From Vulcanimicrobiota bacterium (GTDB lineage: Bacteria > Vulcanimicrobiota > Xenobia > Xenobiales > JADMJV01), in assembly GCA_050250895.1 (NCBI GenBank), contig JBFWNU010000006.1, positions 247,513 through 311,512 of the forward strand: a DNA stretch of 64,000 bases, given 5' to 3'. The position numbers and the translations under genes were made by a program. Below, one piece after another: positions 37,531-47,103 of this stretch. Every line of letters starts with the position of its first letter. The first letter of the stretch is position 1. The notes beneath the pieces are model-generated. The model was not told the origin of the DNA. It searched no databases and saw only the letters and a program-made list of their open reading frames with translations.

Positions 37531-38151
37531 ATGGCCTACCAGGTGCTTTATGAAGACGACTTCTTGCTGGTGGTCTCCAAGCCCGCGGGGCTGCTGTTTC
37601 ATCCCACCTGGGATCCGGACCGGCCCAACCTGGTCAAAGAGATCCGCCAGGCCTTAGGACCCGACCAGTATTTGGGCACTCATCAGCGTCTCGATCAGGT
37701 CACCTCGGGAGTGGTGCTTTTTTCTCGCCATAAGAGCGCCAACTTCAGCTTGCATCGACAATTTGCCACCCGCAAGGTCGAGAAGATCTACCACGCGCTG
37801 GTGAGCCAGGTGCCCGAGCCTGGCTGGGAGGTCAGCAACCACCTGGGGCGCGACGGCGCCTATACGGTCGAGGATGACGACGGCAAACTGGCCCTTACTT
37901 CGTTTCGACGGCTGGAACAGCGCTCGGATTGTTGGCTGGTCGAGGCCCGCCCTCGCACCGGTCGCCGCCATCAGATCCGGGTCCATCTCGCCGGTTGCGG
38001 GCTGCCCATCGTCGGTGACGACCTCTATGGAGGACGGCCGGCCCACCGGACCATGTTGCACGCCTTGCAGCTTCGACTGGACCATCCCATTAGCCGAGAG
38101 CCGCTTCGCTTCGAGGCCCCTTACCCGACCGATTTCGGGGTGGCGGCGTGA
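37531..38151 (+). CDS. RluA family pseudouridine synthase
   Basis: KPAGL, HQRLDQVTSG (catalytic Asp), TGRRHQIRVHL, PIVGDDLY, LHA. Confidence 0.93.
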   Translation: MAYQVLYEDDFLLVVSKPAGLLFHPTWDPDRPNLVKEIRQALGPDQYLGTHQRLDQVTSGVVLFSRHKSANFSLHRQFATRKVEKIYHALVSQVPEPGWEVSNHLGRDGAYTVEDDDGKLALTSFRRLEQRSDCWLVEARPRTGRRHQIRVHLAGCGLPIVGDDLYGGRPAHRTMLHALQLRLDHPISREPLRFEAPYPTDFGVAA

Positions 38152-38729
38152 TCCCCGGCCCCGTCCTCGAGGGGCTGACCCGGCGGTTGGCCGAGTGCCC
38201 TCCCGATTTTCTAGCAGAACCGCGGCGAGCCAACGGCCAGGGTTCGGTCGTGGTGGGCGCGGTGGTGTCGGACCTCTTGCAGCGCCTGGGCGCAGAGCCC
38301 CTCGACCGAGAAGCCATGCAGGGCTTTGTGGGTGACGACAAAAGCCGCAATCGTCTGCGCATTACCCTGGTGGCTTGCTGGTTGCTGGCCGACCCGGCCC
38401 TGCTCGATTATCCTGAATTGCCCGACAAAGCTTTGGTGTGGCTAGAAGAAGGCTTTCAGGAGTTGGCCGCCCTGGTCGATCCGACCCTGTTCGTGACCGA
38501 CCCCGACCGGCGCGAAGAGCTGGCCAGGCTGTGCCTGGATAGTCTCGACCTGCTGCCGGCCGGAGAGAGCCGGGCTCAGGCCCAGGACCGCTTGACCACC
38601 CTTTCGAGCGTGGAGCGCGAGCGCGTCATCCAGACAGCCCGCCAAGCCCAGGAACGGGCCCGTCTGGTGCGCGAAGAGCTGGCCCGCAAGCAGGCCGCCG
38701 AGGCAGCCGCGGCCTGGAGCAACGAATGA
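38148..38729 (+). CDS. Hypothetical protein
   Basis: Overlapping start/stop with neighbours; 'L.RRLAECP.DFL', 'D.DRREEL.R', 'GES..QA.DRL..LSS.ER' motifs. Confidence 0.75.
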   Translation: MIPGPVLEGLTRRLAECPPDFLAEPRRANGQGSVVVGAVVSDLLQRLGAEPLDREAMQGFVGDDKSRNRLRITLVACWLLADPALLDYPELPDKALVWLEEGFQELAALVDPTLFVTDPDRREELARLCLDSLDLLPAGESRAQAQDRLTTLSSVERERVIQTARQAQERARLVREELARKQAAEAAAAWSNE

Positions 38730-39997
38730 GCATGCTGCACCGGTTGACCGAACATGAATCGGCCCCCCTCTTCAATTATCGCTGTGGCGACATGCTCGAC
38801 GAGGCCGGCCTGGCGGCCGTGCGGGATTTCGAAACCAGGCTGCATGCAGAACCGGTCGGCTACCGCCACGGTCAGCCGCCCGACTGGGTCCACGAGCTGG
38901 CCGGGCGGGCAACGCGAACGGTGCCACACTATCGTGAGTTCGGGTCCTATGCCGGCGAGTTCCAGGCACTGCCGACCCTGGGGCGCCAGGTGCTCGCTCA
39001 CCGTCCCGAGAGTTTGGTGCCCGATGATGTTCCGCTCGATCCGATGATCGTCTACTACACCTCGGGCACCACCGAAAGCTCGGTTCTGATTCCCTCGCAT
39101 CCTACCGTTTCGTCGATGGTGTTACCCTTGCTGCGACGGGCGCTCGAGACCAGAGGAGTGACCCTCCAGGGAGGTCCCGACCGGGTCGCCCTGTGCCTGG
39201 TGGGTGATCGCCGCCAGACCCTGACCTATGCCTGTCTTTCAAGCTATCTGGGCGGAGCGGGCTTCCTCAAGGTCAACCTCAATCCGGCCGACTGGAACCA
39301 GCCGGCCGATCGGGTCGCCTATCTCGATGCCATGGATCCCGAGGTCTATACCGGTGATCCCGTGTCGTTTCTGCGACTGGCCGAACTCGGGCTCAAGACC
39401 AGGCCGAAGGCTCTGGTCTCGTCTGCTCTGGCGTTGTCTGCGGCCGTGAGCGAGCAACTCGAAGCCCACTTTGGCTGCCCGGTGCTCGACATCTATTCGC
39501 TCAGCGAAGCGCGTTTCTTGACGGTAGCCACTCCCAGAGGGCATCGACTGTTGGCCCCGGACATCTACCTCGAGATCCTCGACGAGCAGGGAAGTCCGCT
39601 CGAGCCTGGCCGGCGCGGCGAGGTCGTGGTCACCACCGGACGAAACCCATACCAGCCCCTGCTCCGCTATCGCACCGGGGATTTTGGCTGCCTCGAGTGG
39701 GTGGGTTCGCAGCCGTTTCTGGTGGGCCTCGAAGGTCGCGAACCTGTGATGTTCAGCCGTCGTGACGGTGGCCAGGTCAATAACATCGACATCACGGCCG
39801 CCTTACAAGACCTGCCGCTGGCCCAGTTTCACCTGCACCAGGCGGCCGATGGCCAACTCAAGCTCGCCTATCGAGGTCAGGTTGCCGAATCAGAGTTGCG
39901 CACCCGACTGAGCCAGGCTTTGGGCGATTGGCCGTGTCTACTCGAGGCTCTGGACGGGCCGATGGAAGGCAAGCTCGTGCGCTACACCCGCGAGTAG
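38726..39997 (+). CDS. Phenylacetate-CoA ligase/CapK-like adenylate-forming enzyme
   Basis: YTSGTT P-loop, DIYSLSE, GEVVVT, LLRYRTGD, GR. Confidence 0.85.
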   Translation: MSMLHRLTEHESAPLFNYRCGDMLDEAGLAAVRDFETRLHAEPVGYRHGQPPDWVHELAGRATRTVPHYREFGSYAGEFQALPTLGRQVLAHRPESLVPDDVPLDPMIVYYTSGTTESSVLIPSHPTVSSMVLPLLRRALETRGVTLQGGPDRVALCLVGDRRQTLTYACLSSYLGGAGFLKVNLNPADWNQPADRVAYLDAMDPEVYTGDPVSFLRLAELGLKTRPKALVSSALALSAAVSEQLEAHFGCPVLDIYSLSEARFLTVATPRGHRLLAPDIYLEILDEQGSPLEPGRRGEVVVTTGRNPYQPLLRYRTGDFGCLEWVGSQPFLVGLEGREPVMFSRRDGGQVNNIDITAALQDLPLAQFHLHQAADGQLKLAYRGQVAESELRTRLSQALGDWPCLLEALDGPMEGKLVRYTRE

Positions 39998-41124
39998 CGA
40001 TAGCGCAGCAAGGTGTCGACCACCACCGCCACCGAGTCGGTGATCGAGAGCCAATACTCGTATTTCTTGCCGTTGGCCAGGCTACAGAGCAAAGGATACA
40101 CCGGTTTGCGCCACTTCCAATAGTCCTCGCCAAAAAGGATCATGGGACTGGGGCCGGATTCCATGTAGTAGTTTTGAGTGTTGTCCTGAAAGATCTCCTG
40201 GACGGTCCCGGCATTGCCGGGTGCGAATACGATCCCGGCCCCGGCCACCGTCACCAGGCCATCTTCACGAACGCTGTTGGCGAAGTATTTGGCTACATGG
40301 CTGGCAAAAAGATTGGGAGGTTCGTGGCCATAGAGCCAGGTGGGAATGCCCAGACTCTGGGCGCGGATGGGGTCTTTGGGCGGATAGCGCCGACGGACGG
40401 CGATCCCGGTGAGCAGCCATTCGCGTTTCTGGCGGTAGGTCGGCGCACTCTCGAGAGCGGCCACCGCTTGAGCCAACTCGTCTTCGCCGCGGTCGACAAA
40501 GAGGGCGCCCAGGTGCGTGGCTTCCATGGCTCCGGGCCCTCCGCCACTGATCATGAAGAAGCCTTCCTGGGTGAGACGCCGCGACAGCAGGGCCACCTTG
40601 AAGTAGTCGGGATGATCACGGCCCAGGCTATGCCCTCCCATCATCGCCACCACTTCTCGGCCCTCGAGCAGTTCTTCCATGGCGTCGGTAATGGCGTGGT
40701 CATGCAGGCGACGCCCCAAAGCGTCGAGGATGTCGGGAGGTCTTTCTCGCCCGGTCTGTTCCCAATGCTCATAGATCAGCCCGTCGAGAGTCCTGTCGTA
40801 GGCGTTCTCGTCACCGGCCAGAAGTCGTTGCTCGAGTTCCCCGGGCTCGAGTAGCTCTTCTACGGTATAGAGAAAGCCTCGATAGGGGTCATAAGGTAGC
40901 TCGGGCAAACGCGGAAACAGCATGCTGCCTTGATTCAAGGCGTGGGCTAGCGCTACCGGTTCGAGCAGGCAACCCAGAAAGACGGCTCCTCGCAGATCGG
41001 CCCCCATGAGGGCCTGGGTGCGCCCGCGCAAGTCCAGGCTCTGGCAGACGGTATTTTCAAGACTGCCACCGGCAGCCAGATGGTTGTCGAGTTTTTCCAG
41101 GCTCTCAAATTCTAGTCTCGGCAT
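39982..41124 (-). CDS. LOG/SLOG family nucleotide-binding protein
   Basis: MGGH, SGGGPGAMEA, YGHEP, NSVREDG, PGNAGTVQEIF. Confidence 0.85.
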   Translation of the reverse strand: MPRLEFESLEKLDNHLAAGGSLENTVCQSLDLRGRTQALMGADLRGAVFLGCLLEPVALAHALNQGSMLFPRLPELPYDPYRGFLYTVEELLEPGELEQRLLAGDENAYDRTLDGLIYEHWEQTGRERPPDILDALGRRLHDHAITDAMEELLEGREVVAMMGGHSLGRDHPDYFKVALLSRRLTQEGFFMISGGGPGAMEATHLGALFVDRGEDELAQAVAALESAPTYRQKREWLLTGIAVRRRYPPKDPIRAQSLGIPTWLYGHEPPNLFASHVAKYFANSVREDGLVTVAGAGIVFAPGNAGTVQEIFQDNTQNYYMESGPSPMILFGEDYWKWRKPVYPLLCSLANGKKYEYWLSITDSVAVVVDTLLRYRYSRV

Positions 41125-41132
41125 GGCCCCTC

Positions 41133-41162
41133 ACGAAGAAGGCCCACCGGCGGCGGGCCTCT
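41133..41162 (-). terminator. Probable intrinsic terminator after the small membrane peptide gene
   Basis: Minus strand AGGCCCGCC-GCC-GGTGGGCCT followed by TCTTC. Confidence 0.5.
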
Positions 41163-41185
41163 CAAAAGTTGGTCGTGAGATGAAC

Positions 41186-41302
41186 TTAATAGAACCCGGA
41201 GCTAGTGGCTCCGAAATACATCACCGTCATCAGGGTCAAAAGGCCCAGAATCGCCACCGGAAGGCAGGTGATGGCGGTGTTGCTGGATGGATGGTGAGAC
41301 AC
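41186..41302 (-). CDS. Small (38 aa) single-TM membrane peptide
   Basis: GGAGG RBS 8 nt before GTG; MSHHPSSNTAITCLPVAILGLLTLMTVMYFGATSSGFY; downstream hairpin. Confidence 0.6.
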   Translation of the reverse strand: MSHHPSSNTAITCLPVAILGLLTLMTVMYFGATSSGFY

Positions 41303-41369
41303 GTTTGCGTCCTCCGATTGTGATGTCGCAAGGCCCATTCGGGGTCGAACCTCGCCTCCCTCTTTCGCT

Positions 41370-42140
41370 CTAAAGTGAACCGGCCCACTCTTTGGCCGGC
41401 CCGCTGACCCGCTCGTCGGTGTATTGCAAGAACTCGCCACTCCACTGGCGCGGCGCAAACAAAGCCAGCCAGGCAGCCACTCTCGCAGGAACCTCGGGAG
41501 GTTCGAGTTGGCCTTGCTCTTTCAAGTTGACGAAGTTCTTCCACTTCTCCTCGGTCATGCCCGATTGGCCTTGCTCGCGGATCTCGGTTTGCATGGCCGT
41601 ATCGATCACGCCGGGTCGCAACGAGAGCGAGGTGACCTCGGGCTCTTCGGCGGCGATAACCGAACTCAAGTGCAGAAGGCCGGCCTTCGAGGTGCAATAG
41701 GCGCTCCACCCTTCCATCGGCTTGACGGCCGCGCCGGTGCTGATGTGGACGATGCGCCCCTGGGGGTGGCGCAGGTGGGGTAGGGCGGCCCGGGTCAGCA
41801 GCATGGGGGCCAACAGATTGACGCGCAGGTTGTGCTCCCAACTCTGGGGATCCGCCTCGGCCAGGCGGTCGAGGGGACCCAGGACCCCGGCATTGTGGAT
41901 GAGGGCATCTAGTCGTCCGTATTCTTTGACGGTCGCCTCGACGAGCGCAGGGGCGGCCCCATTCTCGGCCAGGTCGGCACTGACCACCATAGCCCGAGAA
42001 CATTGCGAAGCCAGGTCTTCGAGGGCCTCTCGGCTACGGGCCGTCAGCACCAGGTTGCAGCCTGCCGCGTCGAGACATCGGGCAATGGCGGCCCCCAGTC
42101 CACGCGAGGCGCCGGTAATCAAAACTACTCGATCTTGCAT
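41370..42140 (-). CDS. Short-chain dehydrogenase/reductase (sepiapterin/benzil reductase-like)
   Basis: TGASRGLG, HNAG, YCTSK, PGVIDTAMQ. Confidence 0.92.
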   Translation of the reverse strand: MQDRVVLITGASRGLGAAIARCLDAAGCNLVLTARSREALEDLASQCSRAMVVSADLAENGAAPALVEATVKEYGRLDALIHNAGVLGPLDRLAEADPQSWEHNLRVNLLAPMLLTRAALPHLRHPQGRIVHISTGAAVKPMEGWSAYCTSKAGLLHLSSVIAAEEPEVTSLSLRPGVIDTAMQTEIREQGQSGMTEEKWKNFVNLKEQGQLEPPEVPARVAAWLALFAPRQWSGEFLQYTDERVSGPAKEWAGSL

Positions 42141-42187
42141 GGCCTGCCCTTCCAGGTGTCTTCAGCAGACCCTGCGAAAACCACGTC

Positions 42188-42544
42188 ATGGACCGACGGC
42201 TGATGGCGGGCGACCTGACCGTGTTGCTGGCCTTTACCGGGCTGGGGATGGCCTTTCATCACGTGGGTGGCAATCCTTTGACAGCCTTTCTGCGTATCGG
42301 CCTACCTTTCGTGGTGGCCTACTCTTTGATGGCCGTGGCGTTGGGAGCCTGGCAGCTCGAACAGGACAAGCCGTGGCTCAGGGCCGGACTCACCTGGTTG
42401 GCCGGGGTCGGCCTGGGTCTGGGGCTGCGCTATCTGGTGCAGGGACCCTTCGCAACGGTCTTCGCCAAGATCACCCTGGCCTTTACCGGGCTCTGTCTGG
42501 CCCTATGGCGGGGCCTCTATCATTGGCTCAGAGTTCGAGCTTGA
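42188..42544 (+). CDS. DUF3054-like membrane protein
   Basis: Four hydrophobic segments; 'GD..VLL.F..LG...H', 'PF', 'W...V..GL.LR'. Confidence 0.65.
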   Translation: MDRRLMAGDLTVLLAFTGLGMAFHHVGGNPLTAFLRIGLPFVVAYSLMAVALGAWQLEQDKPWLRAGLTWLAGVGLGLGLRYLVQGPFATVFAKITLAFTGLCLALWRGLYHWLRVRA

Positions 42545-43391
42545 TGGCCTGGACTGGCTTGGACTCTTTCTCGGCGCTTTGATAGACAAACTCGTGCTCA
42601 CCGACGGCGATCCGATCGCCAGCGCGCAGGCGGACACGGGCACCCGGACCCACCACGCCCGTCCAATGGATGCCGTCGTTCTTGCGAGTGACCGACACTT
42701 CACCACCGATCATCCCACGGCTCAAACTGAAGCATTTTTCGCGTTCGTCCCAGTCGATCAGAAGCTCGGCGTCCAAGCCCTCGATCAGGTGCTCCTGGTC
42801 GAAGGGCTTTTCGTCTCCGCCGGCCAGCGTCGAAGCGATCGCGATCTTGAAACCTTTGAGTTCGAAACTCTCGCCGCCCACGCTATCAAGGCGAAAACCG
42901 CTGGGCACCTCGATAGCAACCTTGCGCTTGACGGGAGCGGGAGCCTTGGCCGGTTCACGCGGAGTGCGCACCGCGAAGGTCGAGCGAGATGGAGCCCGCA
43001 TCAAGTCGGGCCTTTGCTCGAGGGGCAGCACGAAGTCATCGGGGTCGCCGGCAAATCGCGACTCGGCCTCTTGCAACTCGAGGGTGATGGCTCCCATCTT
43101 GATCATGTCACCGGCTTTGAGCCAGGTTTCGTCGACCGCCTCTTCGTTGACATAGGTTAGATTGGTTTGGGAGCGATGCATCAGCTTGAACTGCTTTTTT
43201 GCCTCGTCCCAAAAAAGCTCGGCGTGCAGGCGCGAAACGGCGTCGTCGTTGAGGCGAAACCAACCGGACTGGCGGTCGTCGGTGGTGCGGGCCCGGCCGA
43301 TGCTAAACTGCTTGGAGTCGATCGGGTGGGTGAGACCCTTTCCAGGTCCGCTGATGATCCTCAACTGCAGGCCGCAACTCCAAGTGCTCAT
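42528..43391 (-). CDS. FHA domain protein
   Basis: IGR, VSRLHA, S.TN.TYVN, L..GD.I.MG; second degenerate FHA-like C-terminal region; GGAGG RBS. Confidence 0.85.
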   Translation of the reverse strand: MSTWSCGLQLRIISGPGKGLTHPIDSKQFSIGRARTTDDRQSGWFRLNDDAVSRLHAELFWDEAKKQFKLMHRSQTNLTYVNEEAVDETWLKAGDMIKMGAITLELQEAESRFAGDPDDFVLPLEQRPDLMRAPSRSTFAVRTPREPAKAPAPVKRKVAIEVPSGFRLDSVGGESFELKGFKIAIASTLAGGDEKPFDQEHLIEGLDAELLIDWDEREKCFSLSRGMIGGEVSVTRKNDGIHWTGVVGPGARVRLRAGDRIAVGEHEFVYQSAEKESKPVQAIKLEL

Positions 43392-43433
43392 GCCGACACC
43401 TCCTCGCGTGTTGGCCCCTCATTCTACGCCCCT

Positions 43434-45953
43434 CTAGCTAAGCACCTTCATGGTGCCGGCCGTGACGCCGAATTGCTCGTGGACTCCCACCTGCTCGAGC
43501 AATTCGGTCGGAGTCAGACGACCCGCCAATAGAGCCTGGTAAGCACCCAGCACTCGCTCGGCTTGCTGTCTTGTCTCGCGGACGAACTCGATGCGTAGCC
43601 GGCGCACCCCCCGCTCGACCAGCTTGGGCACCAGTTGGGCTGCAGTCTGAGCGGCGGCGTTGAAGACCGTGTTGCGACAACCCACGTCGACAATCACGGG
43701 GTGAACGCCACCCACCCGGTCGCGCAAGGCCACCTGGTGTTTTTCGCAGGGGCGCCCGCAGGAGCGAAAATCGCGGCCCTGACTGAGCAGGTGAGAATAG
43801 ACGCAATGTTCGGTGTGAAAGGTTGGGATATGGTGGTGGATCGTGACCGCAACTCGTGAGGCGGGCACACGGTCGAGCATGGCCAACAGTTGGACCTCGT
43901 CGAGGTCATGGGCGGCGGTGACCGTGCTCAGCCCCCGCGAGAGCACGTGGCGGGCCGTGAGCGAATTGGTGACGTTGAGCGAGAAGTCGCCGTGCAAAAC
44001 AGGTCGCTGGTCGAGACCGGAAAAGTGGCTGACGGCCCCCCAATGGCGCACCAGCACGCAGTCGGGGTTCAGCCGTTCGATACGGCGATCGTAGACCTCT
44101 TCCCCCGGCTTTTGGACGCGCACGGTAGCCAGGCCCACCTCCAGTCCGGCTTGACGCGCTCGCTCGACCGCGGCGTTCAAACCGACCATCTCCATCCAAT
44201 CCAGTTCGACCCGCTGCACCCCGCTGGCGATGGCCGCTTCGAGGTGTTCGGCCTGGCGACACAGGGCCACCAGGTAGGCCGGCCCGGGATCGGCCTCGAC
44301 CGCCTGGCGCAAACCCTCCAGATGGGGTCCCGGTCGGCACGCTCGTGGCGCCATGGCGCGCTGGCTCTCGAGTTGCTCGACCAGTTCGCGCCGCAGCTTT
44401 TTTAGCTCGGAGACGGGGACAAACAACCCTGGCGCGAGCCGGTTTTCGAGGCTGCCGAGCCGAAACGGGGTGCCGCCGAGGGCCCCCAGCTTGTCGACCA
44501 GGGTGGCCTGGTCCAGGCCCGCCCCGGTGGCCGAGGCCAGGGCCGTCGCACTCTCGACCCTGGCCCGCTTGGGACCCAGGCGAGCTTCCACTGTCATGGC
44601 CGACCCCAGAGAGCCGCTCACGACCAACATCAGGTCCTGCCCGCGGGCCTGCCCGTGGCGGCCGCGGGCCGCCTTGGGATCGCTGGTGACTTGGACACGA
44701 GCTCCGGGCTTGACCGCGGACAGATCGGGCCCGGGCTGGCCAAATCCCAGCCTCCAGCTCGAGCCTTTGCGCTCGACCGAAAAAATGGGACCTCCCTGCT
44801 CCTCGGCCTGCTCGTCACCCTGGCAAAAGACGACCCCCATGCCGGCTCGCGGCCTCAGACGAGCCGCAGCTGCGCCGCTGGCGGCAGTGGTCGATCCTCC
44901 CAGGGCAGGTGGCGTACAGGCCAGTTCACCCAGCGCCGCCACCGGTTCGGGGTGGGTTGCCCGGACGACCACATGGCGTGGCTCGACCCGCTCGACGACC
45001 CCGAGCAAAAGACCACGATGACGCGGAGTGATGCCCTCGACCAGCGTCTGGTGATCGCTACCGAACAGAAAGCCGTCCCCAAAGCCCCGCGAATAGGTCA
45101 GACTCAGGTCACGCACATTCTCGGCCAGGCGCTTGGGGTCGGGGCGGCCGTCGGCTACGGCGTCGAGCCAATCGCGCAGACTGTGGACCGCCGTCTTGAC
45201 ATACTCGGGTCCCTTCTGGCGGCCTTCGATTTTGAGGGTGTGGACACCGATCTCCATCAGGCGCTCCACCGCTCGAAAGCCGGCCAGGTCGCGGGGACTG
45301 AGCAGATAACTCACCTCGCCCAGGGGGCGCGGCTGGTCGTCGACCACCAATTCATAGGGTAGCCGGCAGGCCTGGGCGCACTGGCCCCGATTGGCCGAGC
45401 GGCCCCCCCAGGTCTCGCTCGAAAGGCATTGGCCGCTCCAGGACACGCACAGGGCTCCCATGATAAACACTTCTAGCTCGAGGTCACAGCCCCGGCGAAA
45501 GCGGGCGATCTCGTCCACCGAAAGCTCTCTGGGCACAACCACCCGGGTCACCCCGAGTTCGGCCGCAAAGGCCGCGCCCTCGGGGCTCGAGATCGTCATC
45601 TGGGTGCTGGCGTGCAGCTCTAGTTCGGGGCAGATAGCCCGGGCCAACAGGGCCACGGCCGGATCCTGAACGATCAGGGCGTCGACGCCGGCGCTGGCGA
45701 TGCGGGCCAGAATGGGCTCGAGCTTTTCCAACTCGCTCTCGAACACCAGGGTGTTCAAGGCCAGATAGGCTCGGGCTCGGTGAGCGTGAATCTCGGCCAC
45801 CACTGCCTCCAGCCCGTCGAGAGGAAAATTGGTGGCCCGAGCGCGGGCGTTGAATCCGTCGTCGAGTCCAAAATAGACGGCATCGGCTCCGGCGGCCAGG
45901 GCCGCCGCCAGGCTGGTGCGATCCCCCGCCGGGGCCAGAATCTCGGGAACCAT
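43434..45953 (-). CDS. U32 family protein with DUF3656 (RlhA-like rRNA hydroxylation enzyme)
   Basis: EILAPAG, HASTQM, ALCVSWSGQC..SANRGQCAQACR Fe-S motif, LKIEGR; about 840 aa. Confidence 0.85.
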   Translation of the reverse strand: MVPEILAPAGDRTSLAAALAAGADAVYFGLDDGFNARARATNFPLDGLEAVVAEIHAHRARAYLALNTLVFESELEKLEPILARIASAGVDALIVQDPAVALLARAICPELELHASTQMTISSPEGAAFAAELGVTRVVVPRELSVDEIARFRRGCDLELEVFIMGALCVSWSGQCLSSETWGGRSANRGQCAQACRLPYELVVDDQPRPLGEVSYLLSPRDLAGFRAVERLMEIGVHTLKIEGRQKGPEYVKTAVHSLRDWLDAVADGRPDPKRLAENVRDLSLTYSRGFGDGFLFGSDHQTLVEGITPRHRGLLLGVVERVEPRHVVVRATHPEPVAALGELACTPPALGGSTTAASGAAAARLRPRAGMGVVFCQGDEQAEEQGGPIFSVERKGSSWRLGFGQPGPDLSAVKPGARVQVTSDPKAARGRHGQARGQDLMLVVSGSLGSAMTVEARLGPKRARVESATALASATGAGLDQATLVDKLGALGGTPFRLGSLENRLAPGLFVPVSELKKLRRELVEQLESQRAMAPRACRPGPHLEGLRQAVEADPGPAYLVALCRQAEHLEAAIASGVQRVELDWMEMVGLNAAVERARQAGLEVGLATVRVQKPGEEVYDRRIERLNPDCVLVRHWGAVSHFSGLDQRPVLHGDFSLNVTNSLTARHVLSRGLSTVTAAHDLDEVQLLAMLDRVPASRVAVTIHHHIPTFHTEHCVYSHLLSQGRDFRSCGRPCEKHQVALRDRVGGVHPVIVDVGCRNTVFNAAAQTAAQLVPKLVERGVRRLRIEFVRETRQQAERVLGAYQALLAGRLTPTELLEQVGVHEQFGVTAGTMKVLS

Positions 45954-46480
45954 CAGGTCTCGTCTCGATAGCGCAGGCCGCGACGCTGCTGCTCGGCCAG
46001 GTAAGCTTTGCGAATGATCTCGCGCACTTCGAAAGGCTCGCGGACGTTGTTGAGCACCACCTCGGGCTTGCTGGTGTCCGAGCTGAGAATCTTGACGTCG
46101 CCGATCTTGAAGGCGCGCTCGCCGAGATTCTGGGTGACCTCGGTGTCTCGCACCCGCACCAGGTCGATCTCTTCGAGCTGGCGGCTAAAGACACCCCGGA
46201 AAATGCGCAAGCGCTGGCTGGTCAATTCATAGCGTGTGCCCATGGTGGCGTAAGGTTTGCCGCTCCACAAGACGCTCTCGTCGCCTGCGGTCTGGGCGGG
46301 GCCGACCGACTCCTGGTCTTCTTCTTCGAGCTGGGACAGCACGGCGAAGACCCCATCGGCCAGGGCTCCGACCACCGTCTGAAGCTGGGCGTGGGGAATG
46401 GCGTCCAGCTTGACGCCGCTTTCGTCAACGGAGCGGTAGAATTGGTCGGTGATCAGCTTGCGCACGGTTTCTTTCTGCAT
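45953..46480 (-). CDS. Bacterial PH domain (bPH_2) protein
   Basis: 'YELTSQRL....GVFSR..EEI.L.RVRD....Q...ER...IGDV.I.SSD' pattern. Confidence 0.8.
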   Translation of the reverse strand: MQKETVRKLITDQFYRSVDESGVKLDAIPHAQLQTVVGALADGVFAVLSQLEEEDQESVGPAQTAGDESVLWSGKPYATMGTRYELTSQRLRIFRGVFSRQLEEIDLVRVRDTEVTQNLGERAFKIGDVKILSSDTSKPEVVLNNVREPFEVREIIRKAYLAEQQRRGLRYRDET

Positions 46481-46550
46481 AGGCGCCCCATTAGGCGCGG
46501 GCGCGCCAGTTTCCCGCCGCCAGTCGGCGGTCGGCCACCATCGCCCAGGT

Positions 46551-47039
46551 TTAATGCGAGCTGCTGCGGGTGGCTTTGGTTAGAAGGTCTTCGAAATCGG
46601 CCAGTTCTTTCTTGGTGAGCAAGAACAGGCCGTTGTTCCCTGCCTGAATCAACTCCAGCAGGACGGCTCGCCCCATTGGGGCTTTGTTCATCACGGCGAT
46701 GCTCACCTCGCCGCTGCCTTTGTAGTTGGCCACAAAGCGAGACTCGCTGTCTTTGAGCTTGTCCATCGAGGTTCGGGCCACCCGGATGCCGTCAACGAAC
46801 TTGCGAAAGTCAGCCTCTTTGAGCAAGACCTGGACGTGACTCTTCTTGATATTGTCGTCGAGCAACAGGGCCACGCCCTCGGTCCCTTTGGCGTCGAACA
46901 CCACCACCGACATCACCCCGGAGTTGGTTTTGCAGATGCCCACCTGTTTGGTGCTAGGTTCTTCGGCCGAGGCCCCCAGGCAGAGCAGCAACCAGCAAGC
47001 GAGCATAACGGCGTGCTCGAAACGCGCAATTTTCAACAT
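46551..47039 (-). CDS. Exported hypothetical protein
   Basis: N-terminal signal peptide (LACWLLLCLGASA); GC3-biased codons. Confidence 0.7.
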   Translation of the reverse strand: MLKIARFEHAVMLACWLLLCLGASAEEPSTKQVGICKTNSGVMSVVVFDAKGTEGVALLLDDNIKKSHVQVLLKEADFRKFVDGIRVARTSMDKLKDSESRFVANYKGSGEVSIAVMNKAPMGRAVLLELIQAGNNGLFLLTKKELADFEDLLTKATRSSSH

Positions 47040-47103
47040 TCTCGTCTAGTTCCTCGCGGGATCGGGAAGGCCTTTGTGCCGGGAGGCGAGCAGGATGGCC
47101 GCT

